From IMG/VR virus record IMGVR_UViG_3300009155_000035: 64,000 nucleotides of DNA. One strand, 5' to 3'. Under the pieces are notes generated by a model. It saw only the letters and a list, made by a program, of their open reading frames with translations, made no database searches and had not been told where the DNA came from. Made by a program: the position numbers and the translations under genes. Position 1 is the first letter of the stretch, and each line of letters opens with the position of its first letter. Below, piece by piece: positions 17,960-26,860 of the stretch. Source of the stretch: a virus. Its lineage: Duplodnaviria > Caudoviricetes.

Positions 17960-19396
17960 ATGCTTAAAGAATACACAGTTGATATACAAAGATTGTTTTT
18001 GGAGATGATGTTAGAGGACGCACAAAGTTATGTGCGTGTACAGAACATCTACAACCCACAGAACTTTGACAGGAGTTTACGTGCTGCCGCCGAGTTTATC
18101 AAAGAGCATACTGACAAGTTCAAGACCATGCCCGAGCGTACACAGATTGCAGCCGCAACCAGTGTAAAGCTTCAGCCGGTGCCAGATCTCAACGAAGGTC
18201 ACTTTGAATGGTTTATGCAAGAGTTTGAAAGTTTTACCAAGCGCCAAGAACTTGAAAGGGCTATTCTTAAAGCGGCAGACTTGCTGGAAAAAGGTGAGTT
18301 TGACCCCGTTGAGAAACTGATCAAAGATGCTGTTCAAATATCCCTGACCAAGGACCTGGGCACAGATTTTTGGCTAGATCCGGAATCCATGTTCAGTCGA
18401 TACTTTGATGCAGGTGGACAAGTAAGCACAGGATGGCCACAGCTGGACAAGTTGCTGTATGGTGGATTCAGTCGAGGTGAACTCAACATCTTTGCAGGTG
18501 GATCGGGATCAGGCAAGTCCTTGGTCATGATGAACATTGCGTTGAATTGGGTACAACTGGGACTGCATGGTGTTTATATCACGCTTGAACTTAGTGAAGA
18601 GCTCACAGGTCTGCGCACAGCGGCCATGTTGACTAACATGAGCACCAAGGACATTCGCAAAGACAAAGAAACTGCATCGTTAAAAATCAAATTGGTTGGT
18701 AAAAAAGCAGGTAGTTATCAAGTCAAGGCATTGCCAGCACAAAGCAATATCAATGATATTCGCGCATTCTTGAAAGAGTATCAAATCAAAACAGGACGCA
18801 AAGTAGACTTCATGATGATTGACTACTTGGACTTGTTGATGCCGGTTAGTGCCAAAGTCAGTCCCAACGACTTGTTTGTTAAAGACAAGTACGTGAGTGA
18901 GGAACTGCGTAACTTGGCCAAAGAGCTGGGTATCTTGATGGTAACAGCTTCGCAGTTGAACCGAAGTGCTGTGGAAGAAATTGAATTTGATCACTCGCAC
19001 ATTTCGGGCGGTATCTCCAAGATCAACACAGCAGACAACGTGTTCGGCATCTTTACCAGTCGTGCCATGAAAGAGCGTGGCAAGTATCAGATCCAGTGTA
19101 TGAAGAGTCGTAGTTCTACAGGTGTGGGACAAAAGATTGATTTAGACTACAACATGGAAACCATGCGTATTACAGACAGTGGTGACGCAGAAGGCGAGGG
19201 TTTCAGTAAAAAGCCTTCAATGAATATCATGGAAAGTATCAAGGCAAAGGCCAGTGTTAGTGCGAGTACCAGTGAAACAAGTTCAACATCCTGGGAAAGA
19301 GCCACAGGAACGCCAGCGTGGGAACAACCTCCCAAGGTAGAAGCTGAAGTTCAAAGTGCAAAACTAAAACAGTTGCTTGGACAAATTAAAAAATAA
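17960..19396 (+). CDS. dnaB: Replicative DNA helicase (DnaB/T4 gp41-like)
   Basis: GGSGSGKS, ITLEL, MIDYLDL, TASQLNR. Confidence 0.92.
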   Translation: MLKEYTVDIQRLFLEMMLEDAQSYVRVQNIYNPQNFDRSLRAAAEFIKEHTDKFKTMPERTQIAAATSVKLQPVPDLNEGHFEWFMQEFESFTKRQELERAILKAADLLEKGEFDPVEKLIKDAVQISLTKDLGTDFWLDPESMFSRYFDAGGQVSTGWPQLDKLLYGGFSRGELNIFAGGSGSGKSLVMMNIALNWVQLGLHGVYITLELSEELTGLRTAAMLTNMSTKDIRKDKETASLKIKLVGKKAGSYQVKALPAQSNINDIRAFLKEYQIKTGRKVDFMMIDYLDLLMPVSAKVSPNDLFVKDKYVSEELRNLAKELGILMVTASQLNRSAVEEIEFDHSHISGGISKINTADNVFGIFTSRAMKERGKYQIQCMKSRSSTGVGQKIDLDYNMETMRITDSGDAEGEGFSKKPSMNIMESIKAKASVSASTSETSSTSWERATGTPAWEQPPKVEAEVQSAKLKQLLGQIKK

Positions 19397-20406
19397 TGTA
19401 CGCATATCAAGATATACGTCATGTGCATTTAGAAATTTCTAGTCGGTGCAATGCAGAGTGCCCGCTGTGTCCTAGAAATTTTTATGGATATCCCTACAAT
19501 GATGGGTACATTGAGCATGATATGACATTGGGTGAAGCACAACGTATATTCTCGGTTGATTTTATCAAACAGTTGGGCGCAGTACAAATCAATGGTAACT
19601 TTGGCGACATCGTCATGAATCATGATGCTATCTCCATTGTTGAATATTTGCGTAGTCATAACAATGTCATGGACATCACTGTTACCACAAACGCTGGCGC
19701 CAGAGATAAAAAATTCTGGCGAGAACTGGCAAGATTACGATGCCGTGTTATTTTTTGTATTGAGGGGTTTGAAGACACTCATCATCTCTACAGACAAAAT
19801 ACACGCTATGAAGTCGTTATAAAAAACGCCAAGACATTTATTGACGCGGGCGGTACAGCTACCTGGAAAATGATAGACTTTGCGCATAACAAGCATCAGC
19901 AAGAACCAGCTCGCCAACTATCTAAAGACATGGGGTTTAAGAACTTTCTTTTGGTAGATTACGGACGAGATACTGCCCCAGTATTTGACCACAGTGGCAA
20001 TTTAAAACACGTCATTGGCAACCCCACAGAGACAAATTTTAAAAAAATGTTTTTTACGCGAACTGTCAACAGAGTATTTCTTAAAGATATCATTGATGAT
20101 AGAACCCCTGCTCCAATCAGTTGTGCAGTCAAGGGATCAAGTTCAGTGTACGTGTCCAGTACCGGTGATGCGTACCCATGTTGTTTCTTGGGATTTAATC
20201 CCAAAACATATGGGCATGGTAATTATCATGCCGCTGCCAACAAACAAATATCTGAATTAATTTACGAAAACAATGCTATTGAACATGGGCTAGAACATGC
20301 TATTAAATGGTTTGATAATATTGTAAAGGCCTGGGAAATACCCGACTTCCTCAGTGGCCGCCCAATCATTTGTCATGACTATTGTTCCAAAAACGGTAAA
20401 TATTGA
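19396..20406 (+). CDS. Radical SAM protein with C-terminal SPASM/twitch-like Cys residues
   Basis: CNAECPLC, GNFGD, YPCCF, CHDYC. Confidence 0.85.
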   Translation: MYAYQDIRHVHLEISSRCNAECPLCPRNFYGYPYNDGYIEHDMTLGEAQRIFSVDFIKQLGAVQINGNFGDIVMNHDAISIVEYLRSHNNVMDITVTTNAGARDKKFWRELARLRCRVIFCIEGFEDTHHLYRQNTRYEVVIKNAKTFIDAGGTATWKMIDFAHNKHQQEPARQLSKDMGFKNFLLVDYGRDTAPVFDHSGNLKHVIGNPTETNFKKMFFTRTVNRVFLKDIIDDRTPAPISCAVKGSSSVYVSSTGDAYPCCFLGFNPKTYGHGNYHAAANKQISELIYENNAIEHGLEHAIKWFDNIVKAWEIPDFLSGRPIICHDYCSKNGKY

Positions 20407-20422
20407 ACAAAGAGACGGTATC

Positions 20423-20680
20423 ATGCAAAAGAAAACTCGCAGTATTCTCGAAGAGCTAGACTCAATATATCAAGAACGTCAGCAGACCCGCGATCGACAA
20501 TACATTATTGAAAGTCGTGCTAGCAATGTCATTGCCAGTGCTATTCGTTTAATTGAACAAATTGAATCTACATTTACACCCGAGCAAGCAGATAATTTAA
20601 ATCGAAAATTGCTAAACGCAATTAGAGACCGAGATCCTGGTAAATTTATTAGAACCGTGAGACGTACCAATGCTGGCTGA
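20423..20680 (+). CDS. Hypothetical phage protein
   Basis: Likely start ATG 20423; coupled to the next gene. Confidence 0.6.
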   Translation: MQKKTRSILEELDSIYQERQQTRDRQYIIESRASNVIASAIRLIEQIESTFTPEQADNLNRKLLNAIRDRDPGKFIRTVRRTNAG

Positions 20681-22595
20681 AGGCGGTAATGTTTTTAAAG
20701 ATCCTGCCGGTAATCCAGCAACTCAGCGTATAAATCAAGCTGATGTTCCTGCGACTATCGCATTTGTAGAAAAAGTACTGGGGATGAAATTCCCACAAGA
20801 GCGTTGGCTAGGATCAACTGGCCGTAAGCCCACATCTGGTGACCTTGACCTTGGGGTAGATACTAGCGAAGTAACCAAAGATCAAATTGCTGACAAGTTA
20901 ACACAATGGGCACAGTCACAAAAACAAGATCCACGTGAATGGGTTAAAAAAGCAGGCGAAGTACATTTTAAAACACCCATTGCTGGTGATGCTAAAAAAG
21001 GTTTTGTGCAAACAGATTTTATGTTCTTTCCCAATCTTGATTGGGGAACATTTTTTTATGGCGGCGCCGAAGGATCTAACTACAAGGGCATGAACCGCAA
21101 TGTTCTAATGAGCAGTATTGCTAAATCCCTAGGACTCAAAGTGGGCGCCAATGGTATGTTCAGTCGTACTACAAATCAACTGGTCAAGGGCGGCATGGAC
21201 CCCGACTATGTGGCTCGAGTATTGCTAGGATCAAATGCAACTAAAGAAAATCTCAAGAATGTTGAAAGCATTTATGCCGCACTAGAAAATGATCCAGAGC
21301 GTGATGCCAAGCTGAAAGATTTTAGAGAATATCTTGCACGAGAAGGACTCACTGAACCTGGTGCACCTGTGCAAGAAAATGAAGTCAGCTTTATGTCTCG
21401 CTTACGTGATAGAATTGTAAATCAAGGCTATCACATTATCATTGAATCCGAAGCTCCGGCCAAGAAGAAAGATCCAAGGATCCCACATCCTGAAGACGCT
21501 TTCTTCTTAGGTGGTAGTGCAGCCGCATCAAAAGCCATACAAGGCATGGAAAATGCTATTGCCAATGCTGGTAAAACCACTATCAAGTGGGATGGTAAAC
21601 CTGCATTGATCTGGGGCAGATTGCCCAACGGCAAACTAGCAGTCATGGACAAATATATGTTTGACGCCAAGTATCCGGCACAAAGTCCCGAAGACTGGGT
21701 CAAGTATGATCAACAAAAAAAATCTGGTAATTTAAGAAGCGACTTGTATCCCAAGCTCAAAGCCATATGGCCAGGATTAGATGCTGCCACAATAGGCCCT
21801 GGCTTTTATTGGGGTGACTTGATGTGGGCCGGAGAACTACAACCACAAGGCGGTAAGTACACATTCAAACCTAATTTTGTACAGTATTCAATCCCAACCA
21901 ATAGCGAACTAGGTCAAACTATTCCCGGCAAAACTGGTGGCATTGTTGTTCATCAGCAGTTTGCTAATTTAGGCGATCAAGTAGCCCAGCCTTGGGATGG
22001 TCAGGGCTTGCAGAATGTTCGTGGAGGGGTTGATATTATCAAGCCCAATATTGGCATTACATTTAAACTAAAGCCACCTGCAAAATTAATTGCTGCCGCA
22101 AAACAAGCGGTTGGCACATACGGCGCAGCCGTGGATCAACTGTTGAATTCTCTACCGGCTAGCACACGAGCACAAATGCAGACCTATTTCAATCAACGCA
22201 TTATTGGCGCTACAAAATTCAGTATGCCCAACTGGTTGAAAACCAAGTCTAGTGCTCGTCAGTACAGTGAACTAGTAACTGGTAATCCAGACGTCAATGG
22301 ACAATACAATGCCAAAACTGGCAATATCCCCGGCAAACTCTACACACTTGACGCCAACAACAAACCAGTGCCCAGTCCGGCTCACCTGGGACTGCTGGCA
22401 ATTTGGAACTCAATATACAATTTAAAATTAAACCTGGCACAACAGCTTGAACAACAAGTACAAGGGCTAGAGCAAAGCACTGGTGGTCAAGCCGAGGGCG
22501 AAGGATTTGTTGTTCCTACACCAACTGGGCTAGTCAAGTTGGTGAATCGTGGGGTATTTTCAGCAGGAAATGCCGCACAAAATAATCCCAAGTAA
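20670..22595 (+). CDS. Two-domain protein: Pol-beta-type nucleotidyltransferase + ligase-like (KxDG) domain
   Basis: LGSTG..SGDLDL..QTDF at the N-terminus; KWDG, GDLM, EGFVV and VKLVNRGVFS at the C-terminus. Confidence 0.55.
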   Translation: MLAEGGNVFKDPAGNPATQRINQADVPATIAFVEKVLGMKFPQERWLGSTGRKPTSGDLDLGVDTSEVTKDQIADKLTQWAQSQKQDPREWVKKAGEVHFKTPIAGDAKKGFVQTDFMFFPNLDWGTFFYGGAEGSNYKGMNRNVLMSSIAKSLGLKVGANGMFSRTTNQLVKGGMDPDYVARVLLGSNATKENLKNVESIYAALENDPERDAKLKDFREYLAREGLTEPGAPVQENEVSFMSRLRDRIVNQGYHIIIESEAPAKKKDPRIPHPEDAFFLGGSAAASKAIQGMENAIANAGKTTIKWDGKPALIWGRLPNGKLAVMDKYMFDAKYPAQSPEDWVKYDQQKKSGNLRSDLYPKLKAIWPGLDAATIGPGFYWGDLMWAGELQPQGGKYTFKPNFVQYSIPTNSELGQTIPGKTGGIVVHQQFANLGDQVAQPWDGQGLQNVRGGVDIIKPNIGITFKLKPPAKLIAAAKQAVGTYGAAVDQLLNSLPASTRAQMQTYFNQRIIGATKFSMPNWLKTKSSARQYSELVTGNPDVNGQYNAKTGNIPGKLYTLDANNKPVPSPAHLGLLAIWNSIYNLKLNLAQQLEQQVQGLEQSTGGQAEGEGFVVPTPTGLVKLVNRGVFSAGNAAQNNPK

Positions 22596-22662
22596 CTGTT
22601 TTTTTAGAGATCGACTAAATAAAAGCAGACCCCAAGTGGTCATATATTAAGGAGATTTAAAA

Positions 22663-23133
22663 ATGGCATATTTTCCACCTTTCAATGGTGACGCACAACC
22701 AGTATTTGCGTTAGACGTTAACAACGGTCCTCAGACCGGTAACATTGGTTCTACTGATGCGTTAGTTCAGCCTCAAGGCCCCAAGCTAGACTTCTTCAAA
22801 GTTCTAGTTAAAAACGGTTCTGCAACAGCAATTGATCTTCGCGATCAGTTGGGTAACTACAGCGGCGGCGGTACAGTGTTTAACCCAGGTGTTGTTGTTC
22901 AGATCAACCAACGTGTTCAACAAACTGCTACCATCGCTATCTACCAAGTAGAAGGCGCAAGCACTGGCCAGATCAGCTACGCTATCTACCCACAAGATGC
23001 TTACACTGCTTCCACATTGCAGACAGCTATTCAAGCTCTTGGCAACATTCAGATCACAGCATCTGATGGTACTGTGACTGGTGTTGACGTTAGCGGCACA
23101 ATTGTTACTGAGCCTGGCTTCCAACTAGCTTAA
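22663..23133 (+). CDS. Probable abundant virion structural protein
   Basis: TAAATA at 22616, strong AAGGAG RBS, biased codon use, dedicated terminator. Confidence 0.55.
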   Translation: MAYFPPFNGDAQPVFALDVNNGPQTGNIGSTDALVQPQGPKLDFFKVLVKNGSATAIDLRDQLGNYSGGGTVFNPGVVVQINQRVQQTATIAIYQVEGASTGQISYAIYPQDAYTASTLQTAIQALGNIQITASDGTVTGVDVSGTIVTEPGFQLA

Positions 23134-23154
23134 TCGATTATACGTCGACCACAC

Positions 23155-23181
23155 AACCCTGGATTTATTCCAGGGTTTTTT
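23155..23181 (+). terminator. Intrinsic terminator
   Basis: aaccctgga-tttat-tccagggtt followed by a T-run. Confidence 0.8.
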
Positions 23182-23202
23182 CTTGTCCGTTAAATAACAG
23201 AC

Positions 23203-23634
23203 ATGACTTATCGTATCTTTTGCAAAACTAAATTTGACATCACAGCCACTGGAGTGCGCAGTCATTATAGATCTGCACGTATGCCTTTTAAGGACGAACA
23301 GGGACGGGATATTATTGACCAATCTACATGGAATCGCTCACGGAACAAACAACGTAATTGGGAAACTGTTAATCAAGTCATAAGCCTGCGCACATTGCCA
23401 GAGAATATCAATGCACCTAAGCAGGTGATTGTGGATGATGTATCGTTTTGGGAGTTTAGTTTTGATATTGACAATATTGAAACAACCACATTAGATGACA
23501 ACCCAGTTGGTGCGCTAGTACGAGACTGTCAGGGAGTACCAATGATACTAGGGCTTGACGAAACACCTGGACTAGCACCAATGCTTGATGCAAGCATTGA
23601 TTCTAATATATGGTTCTGGACCAACTTAGAATAA
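23203..23634 (+). CDS. Hypothetical phage protein
   Basis: ATG 6 nt after TAAATA at 23191-23196. Confidence 0.65.
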   Translation: MTYRIFCKTKFDITATGVRSHYRSARMPFKDEQGRDIIDQSTWNRSRNKQRNWETVNQVISLRTLPENINAPKQVIVDDVSFWEFSFDIDNIETTTLDDNPVGALVRDCQGVPMILGLDETPGLAPMLDASIDSNIWFWTNLE

Positions 23635-23642
23635 ATAATTCT

Positions 23643-23906
23643 ATGTCCGACACCACTGAAATTGAAAAAAAGAGCCTTGAAGCGCACGTTGAATTGTGTG
23701 CTGAAAGATACCGCCAATTAGAATTCACTATTTCTGATATCAAAGCAGATGTGGCCGAACTAAAAAACATACTAAATGTGGTGCGTGATAAATTGTCTGA
23801 GATGAGTGACAAGAGAAACAATCAACTTATTACCTGGGCCATTAGTATAATGAGTATTATGCTTGGTACCATTGGTTACTTGACTGTTAATTACGTTTTA
23901 AAATAA
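23643..23906 (+). CDS. Coiled-coil protein with C-terminal transmembrane helix
   Basis: Start ATG 23643, 5 nt after TAAATA; hydrophobic LITWAISIMSIMLGTIGYLTV. Confidence 0.6.
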   Translation: MSDTTEIEKKSLEAHVELCAERYRQLEFTISDIKADVAELKNILNVVRDKLSEMSDKRNNQLITWAISIMSIMLGTIGYLTVNYVLK

Positions 23907-23907
23907 C

Positions 23908-24438
23908 ATGAATATAACAGACAACACACTTCGACAATTAGAACAAGTGCTGTCGGCTGACTTTGAATCAGCCAAACAAAATTTAATTTTTAGTACTGAA
24001 AACGGTTATCAAGTTTTTGATCGTTATACCATATTAAAAAAACAAAATAATGTAACTGTTACAGAATACACTGGTGATCCTCTGCCTTTTACCAGCGTGA
24101 GAACAGCACTGAGCTGGTGCATAGCAGACAAATACAATCAGATTAAACTAGCCAACGAAATCAAACGATTAGATGAAAAGCGTTGGCGATTACGAAACGA
24201 CGTGAGCTTTTCTCAAAAGCTCACTAGTAGATTTAAGGACCCCGGCACTCGGGAAACCGCACTACTTAAATTAGAAACCAAACAAGCTTTGCTTAACAAT
24301 GTAGAAATTGGTTTAGAAAAATGTGCAAACTTAGCTAAATATTGGCAACTACGGGGATTCAACGATGAAATTGAACGAACTAAGCGCAGTGCGCAAAACA
24401 GAGACAATCGCTCGAGTATTCGAGTCTTACCTAGGTAA
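23908..24438 (+). CDS. Hypothetical phage protein
   Basis: 176-aa ORF in a coupled operon. Confidence 0.6.
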   Translation: MNITDNTLRQLEQVLSADFESAKQNLIFSTENGYQVFDRYTILKKQNNVTVTEYTGDPLPFTSVRTALSWCIADKYNQIKLANEIKRLDEKRWRLRNDVSFSQKLTSRFKDPGTRETALLKLETKQALLNNVEIGLEKCANLAKYWQLRGFNDEIERTKRSAQNRDNRSSIRVLPR

Positions 24439-25219
24439 GAAGGTAGACTTTCAGGCATTGTCAAACACACAGGCTCAACACATGTTACGCCGTGTTAGAT
24501 CTTTGATCAGTGAGCAGAGAAGTTCATCGGGCATTTACAAGAGCGAGAAAAATCCTGCTTACTTGAAATTAATGATGATGGAACAAGCTTTGGCCAGTCA
24601 TATCAATGAAGTTGGCACCACGCCAATGGCAATTGATGTCAACGATCCAAAGACCAAACAGATCATGCAAAAAGCCGGTAATGGTCAAACACTGAACCCT
24701 GAAGAACAAAAAACCATGAACGCTATTGCTCTCATGAAAAAAGAGGGCAAGAAAGCAGGCATGAAGCGCATGGTCAAAGAAAGCGAAATTCAACAAGCTC
24801 AAGTTGTTCTAGCAAGCCAAGACATGCTGGATCGTATTCAGAAAATGACCGAAGATATCAGCGAAATGCAATTCAAAGATCTACCAGCATTGACTGACAG
24901 TATCAAGAATGACATGGGAACCGAACAAGCCACTGCATATCAAGCACAAGCCAGTGCCGCATTGAGCACATTACTAAGTGCATTGCAACAAGGCAAAACT
25001 CAACTAGAAGCGGCTCAGGGTGCTATTACTGGCACTGGTACTGACCTTGCAGTGCCAGGCGCTGATGATGACCTGGGTGCTGATCTAGACGCTGACGTAG
25101 ATGCAGCCGCCTTGGCAGCACCAGACATGGGCGGAGATGAAGAAGATATATCAGTGGATGCTGATATTGACGCAGAAATTGAGCCAGCATCATCCCTGGG
25201 TAGAGAACGCAGAAAATGA
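24365..25219 (+). CDS. Probable head/scaffold-type protein with acidic C-terminal tail
   Basis: MKLNEL leader, helical body, D/A-rich tail ending LGRERRK. Confidence 0.5.
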   Translation: MKLNELSAVRKTETIARVFESYLGKKVDFQALSNTQAQHMLRRVRSLISEQRSSSGIYKSEKNPAYLKLMMMEQALASHINEVGTTPMAIDVNDPKTKQIMQKAGNGQTLNPEEQKTMNAIALMKKEGKKAGMKRMVKESEIQQAQVVLASQDMLDRIQKMTEDISEMQFKDLPALTDSIKNDMGTEQATAYQAQASAALSTLLSALQQGKTQLEAAQGAITGTGTDLAVPGADDDLGADLDADVDAAALAAPDMGGDEEDISVDADIDAEIEPASSLGRERRK

Positions 25220-25554
25220 GAATTGACGAAGTAGCTAGCCAGCCAGATACGGCCAGGCTGGCCGCTTTGGCAGAGTTCCTTCTAGGACGCAGTAATGATA
25301 CAAATGCGTCTAAAACAATTTCTACCGAAGCATTTATAAATTTAGCTGGCGACATGGGTATACCTTTGACTCATCAGCAATTGGTTAAATTTAGTCAAAT
25401 GCCTCCACTGAATGGCATCATTGCCAATGTTGAACCAAATCAGATAACTTTCAAAGGTGCCGAGCCCGATGTTGACGATTCAGACATGAGCATCGACCAA
25501 GCTCGCGCCACTGTTGATAAAATGGCCAAAAGAGCCGCCAGCAAAGGAATATAA
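25216..25554 (+). CDS. Hypothetical phage protein (MRIDEV leader)
   Basis: ATGA-coupled 112-aa ORF. Confidence 0.6.
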   Translation: MRIDEVASQPDTARLAALAEFLLGRSNDTNASKTISTEAFINLAGDMGIPLTHQQLVKFSQMPPLNGIIANVEPNQITFKGAEPDVDDSDMSIDQARATVDKMAKRAASKGI

Positions 25555-25555
25555 C

Positions 25556-25672
25556 ATGCTAGAAACTATTTTTTTAATAGCCATTGGTGCCTTCATTGGG
25601 TGGAATTTTCCTCAACCCGAGTTTGCTCGTAATATTCAGAAAAAAGCAGTTGACTTTTTTTCAAAAAAGTAG
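25556..25672 (+). CDS. Small membrane protein (38 aa)
   Basis: MLETIFLIAIGAFIGWNFPQPEFARNIQKKAVDFFSKK; follows the upstream stop by 1 nt. Confidence 0.6.
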   Translation: MLETIFLIAIGAFIGWNFPQPEFARNIQKKAVDFFSKK

Positions 25673-25678
25673 TATACT
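25650..25678 (+). promoter_or_regulatory. Sigma70-type promoter
   Basis: TTGACT-17bp-TATACT. Confidence 0.6.
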
Positions 25679-25735
25679 AAACTGCTAGGCAAGGCGTTAT
25701 ATAATAGTAACACCTACCTTAAAGGAGAGAGTACT

Positions 25736-26059
25736 ATGAAAAAAATATTTGTAAGCATGTTGTTAGCTGGGGTAATGATGCCAGCATTTGCACAGCATCA
25801 CCAACACCAACATGGACATGGACATGGACATGGATACTGGCACCACCGTGGGCATGGCAGTGGATGGAATTGGGTTGTCCCAGCTGTTATTGGCGGTGCA
25901 GTGGTTTATGGTGTAACACGCCCTGATCCAGTTATTGTACAGCAACCAGTTATTGTGCAACCTCCTGTACAGGTAATACAACGACAAAATTGCAGTCCCT
26001 GGACAGAAACAGAAAATTCTGATGGTACAATTACCCGAACAAGAACATGCGCACAATAA
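25736..26059 (+). CDS. Secreted His/Gly-rich protein
   Basis: Signal peptide ending AFA, QHHQHQHGHGHGHG, PV repeats, C-terminal Cys pair; AAGGAG RBS. Confidence 0.65.
   Translation: MKKIFVSMLLAGVMMPAFAQHHQHQHGHGHGHGYWHHRGHGSGWNWVVPAVIGGAVVYGVTRPDPVIVQQPVIVQPPVQVIQRQNCSPWTETENSDGTITRTRTCAQ
25811..25834 (+). repeat. 4 x 6-bp tandem repeat (catgga) encoding HG
   Basis: catggacatggacatggacatgga. Confidence 0.9.
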
Positions 26060-26163
26060 CATTAAACAAAATAACCATTGTACCTATCACAGTGATCTGC
26101 ACTTATCTATTGTATAAGATAGGTCTTGAGCTATGGTGTATATCCTACGGACTGTTAAATTAA
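26047..26163 (+). CDS. Small membrane protein (38 aa)
   Basis: MRTITLNKITIVPITVICTYLLYKIGLELWCISYGLLN; its stop abuts the iscU ATG. Confidence 0.5.
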   Translation: MRTITLNKITIVPITVICTYLLYKIGLELWCISYGLLN

Positions 26164-26556
26164 ATGGCTTACAGCGAAAAAGTTGTTGATCATTACGAAA
26201 ACCCCCGCAACGTGGGCTCCTTTGAAAAGGGCGACGAAGATGTGGGCACTGGCATGGTGGGTGCACCTGCCTGCGGCGATGTAATGAAACTACAAATAAA
26301 GGTGGATCATGATACAGGTATTATTACAGATGCAAAATTTAAAACGTATGGCTGCGGCTCAGCGATCGCGAGCTCGAGTTTGGTTACTGAATGGGTCAAA
26401 GGAAAAACTCTTGACGAAGCCGGGTCAATTAAAAACTCCGAAATCGCTCAAGAGCTAGCTCTTCCACCGGTCAAAATACATTGCAGTATCCTTGCCGAAG
26501 ATGCCATCAAGGCCGCAGTAGAGGACTACAGAAAGAAGCATGCTAACAGTCACTGA
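26164..26556 (+). CDS. iscU: Fe-S cluster scaffold IscU
   Basis: MAYSEKVVDHYENPRNVG, GAPACGD, FKTYGCGSAIAS, LPPVKIHCS. Confidence 0.97.
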   Translation: MAYSEKVVDHYENPRNVGSFEKGDEDVGTGMVGAPACGDVMKLQIKVDHDTGIITDAKFKTYGCGSAIASSSLVTEWVKGKTLDEAGSIKNSEIAQELALPPVKIHCSILAEDAIKAAVEDYRKKHANSH

Positions 26557-26860
26557 CAGTGCGGCAAAGAAGATTCAGCAAGTAATTGCCAAACGTGGCC
26601 GGGGTCTGGGCATTCGGCTAGGTGTTAGAACCACAGGTTGCTCGGGGCTAGCTTATGTGTTAGAATATGTAGATAGTCCACAAGAAACTGATCAAACTGT
26701 CGAATGCAATGGATGCAAGATATTCATTGATCCGAAAAGCTGTCCATATTTGCAAGGTGTAACTGTTGATTATGTACGCCAAGGTCTCAATGAAGGCTTT
26801 GAATTTAAAAATCCCAATGAACGTGACCGTTGCGGTTGCGGAGAAAGCTTTAGAATTTAA
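26540..26860 (+). CDS. iscA: A-type Fe-S carrier IscA
   Basis: GCSGLAY and NPN...CGCGESF. Confidence 0.95.
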   Translation: MLTVTDSAAKKIQQVIAKRGRGLGIRLGVRTTGCSGLAYVLEYVDSPQETDQTVECNGCKIFIDPKSCPYLQGVTVDYVRQGLNEGFEFKNPNERDRCGCGESFRI

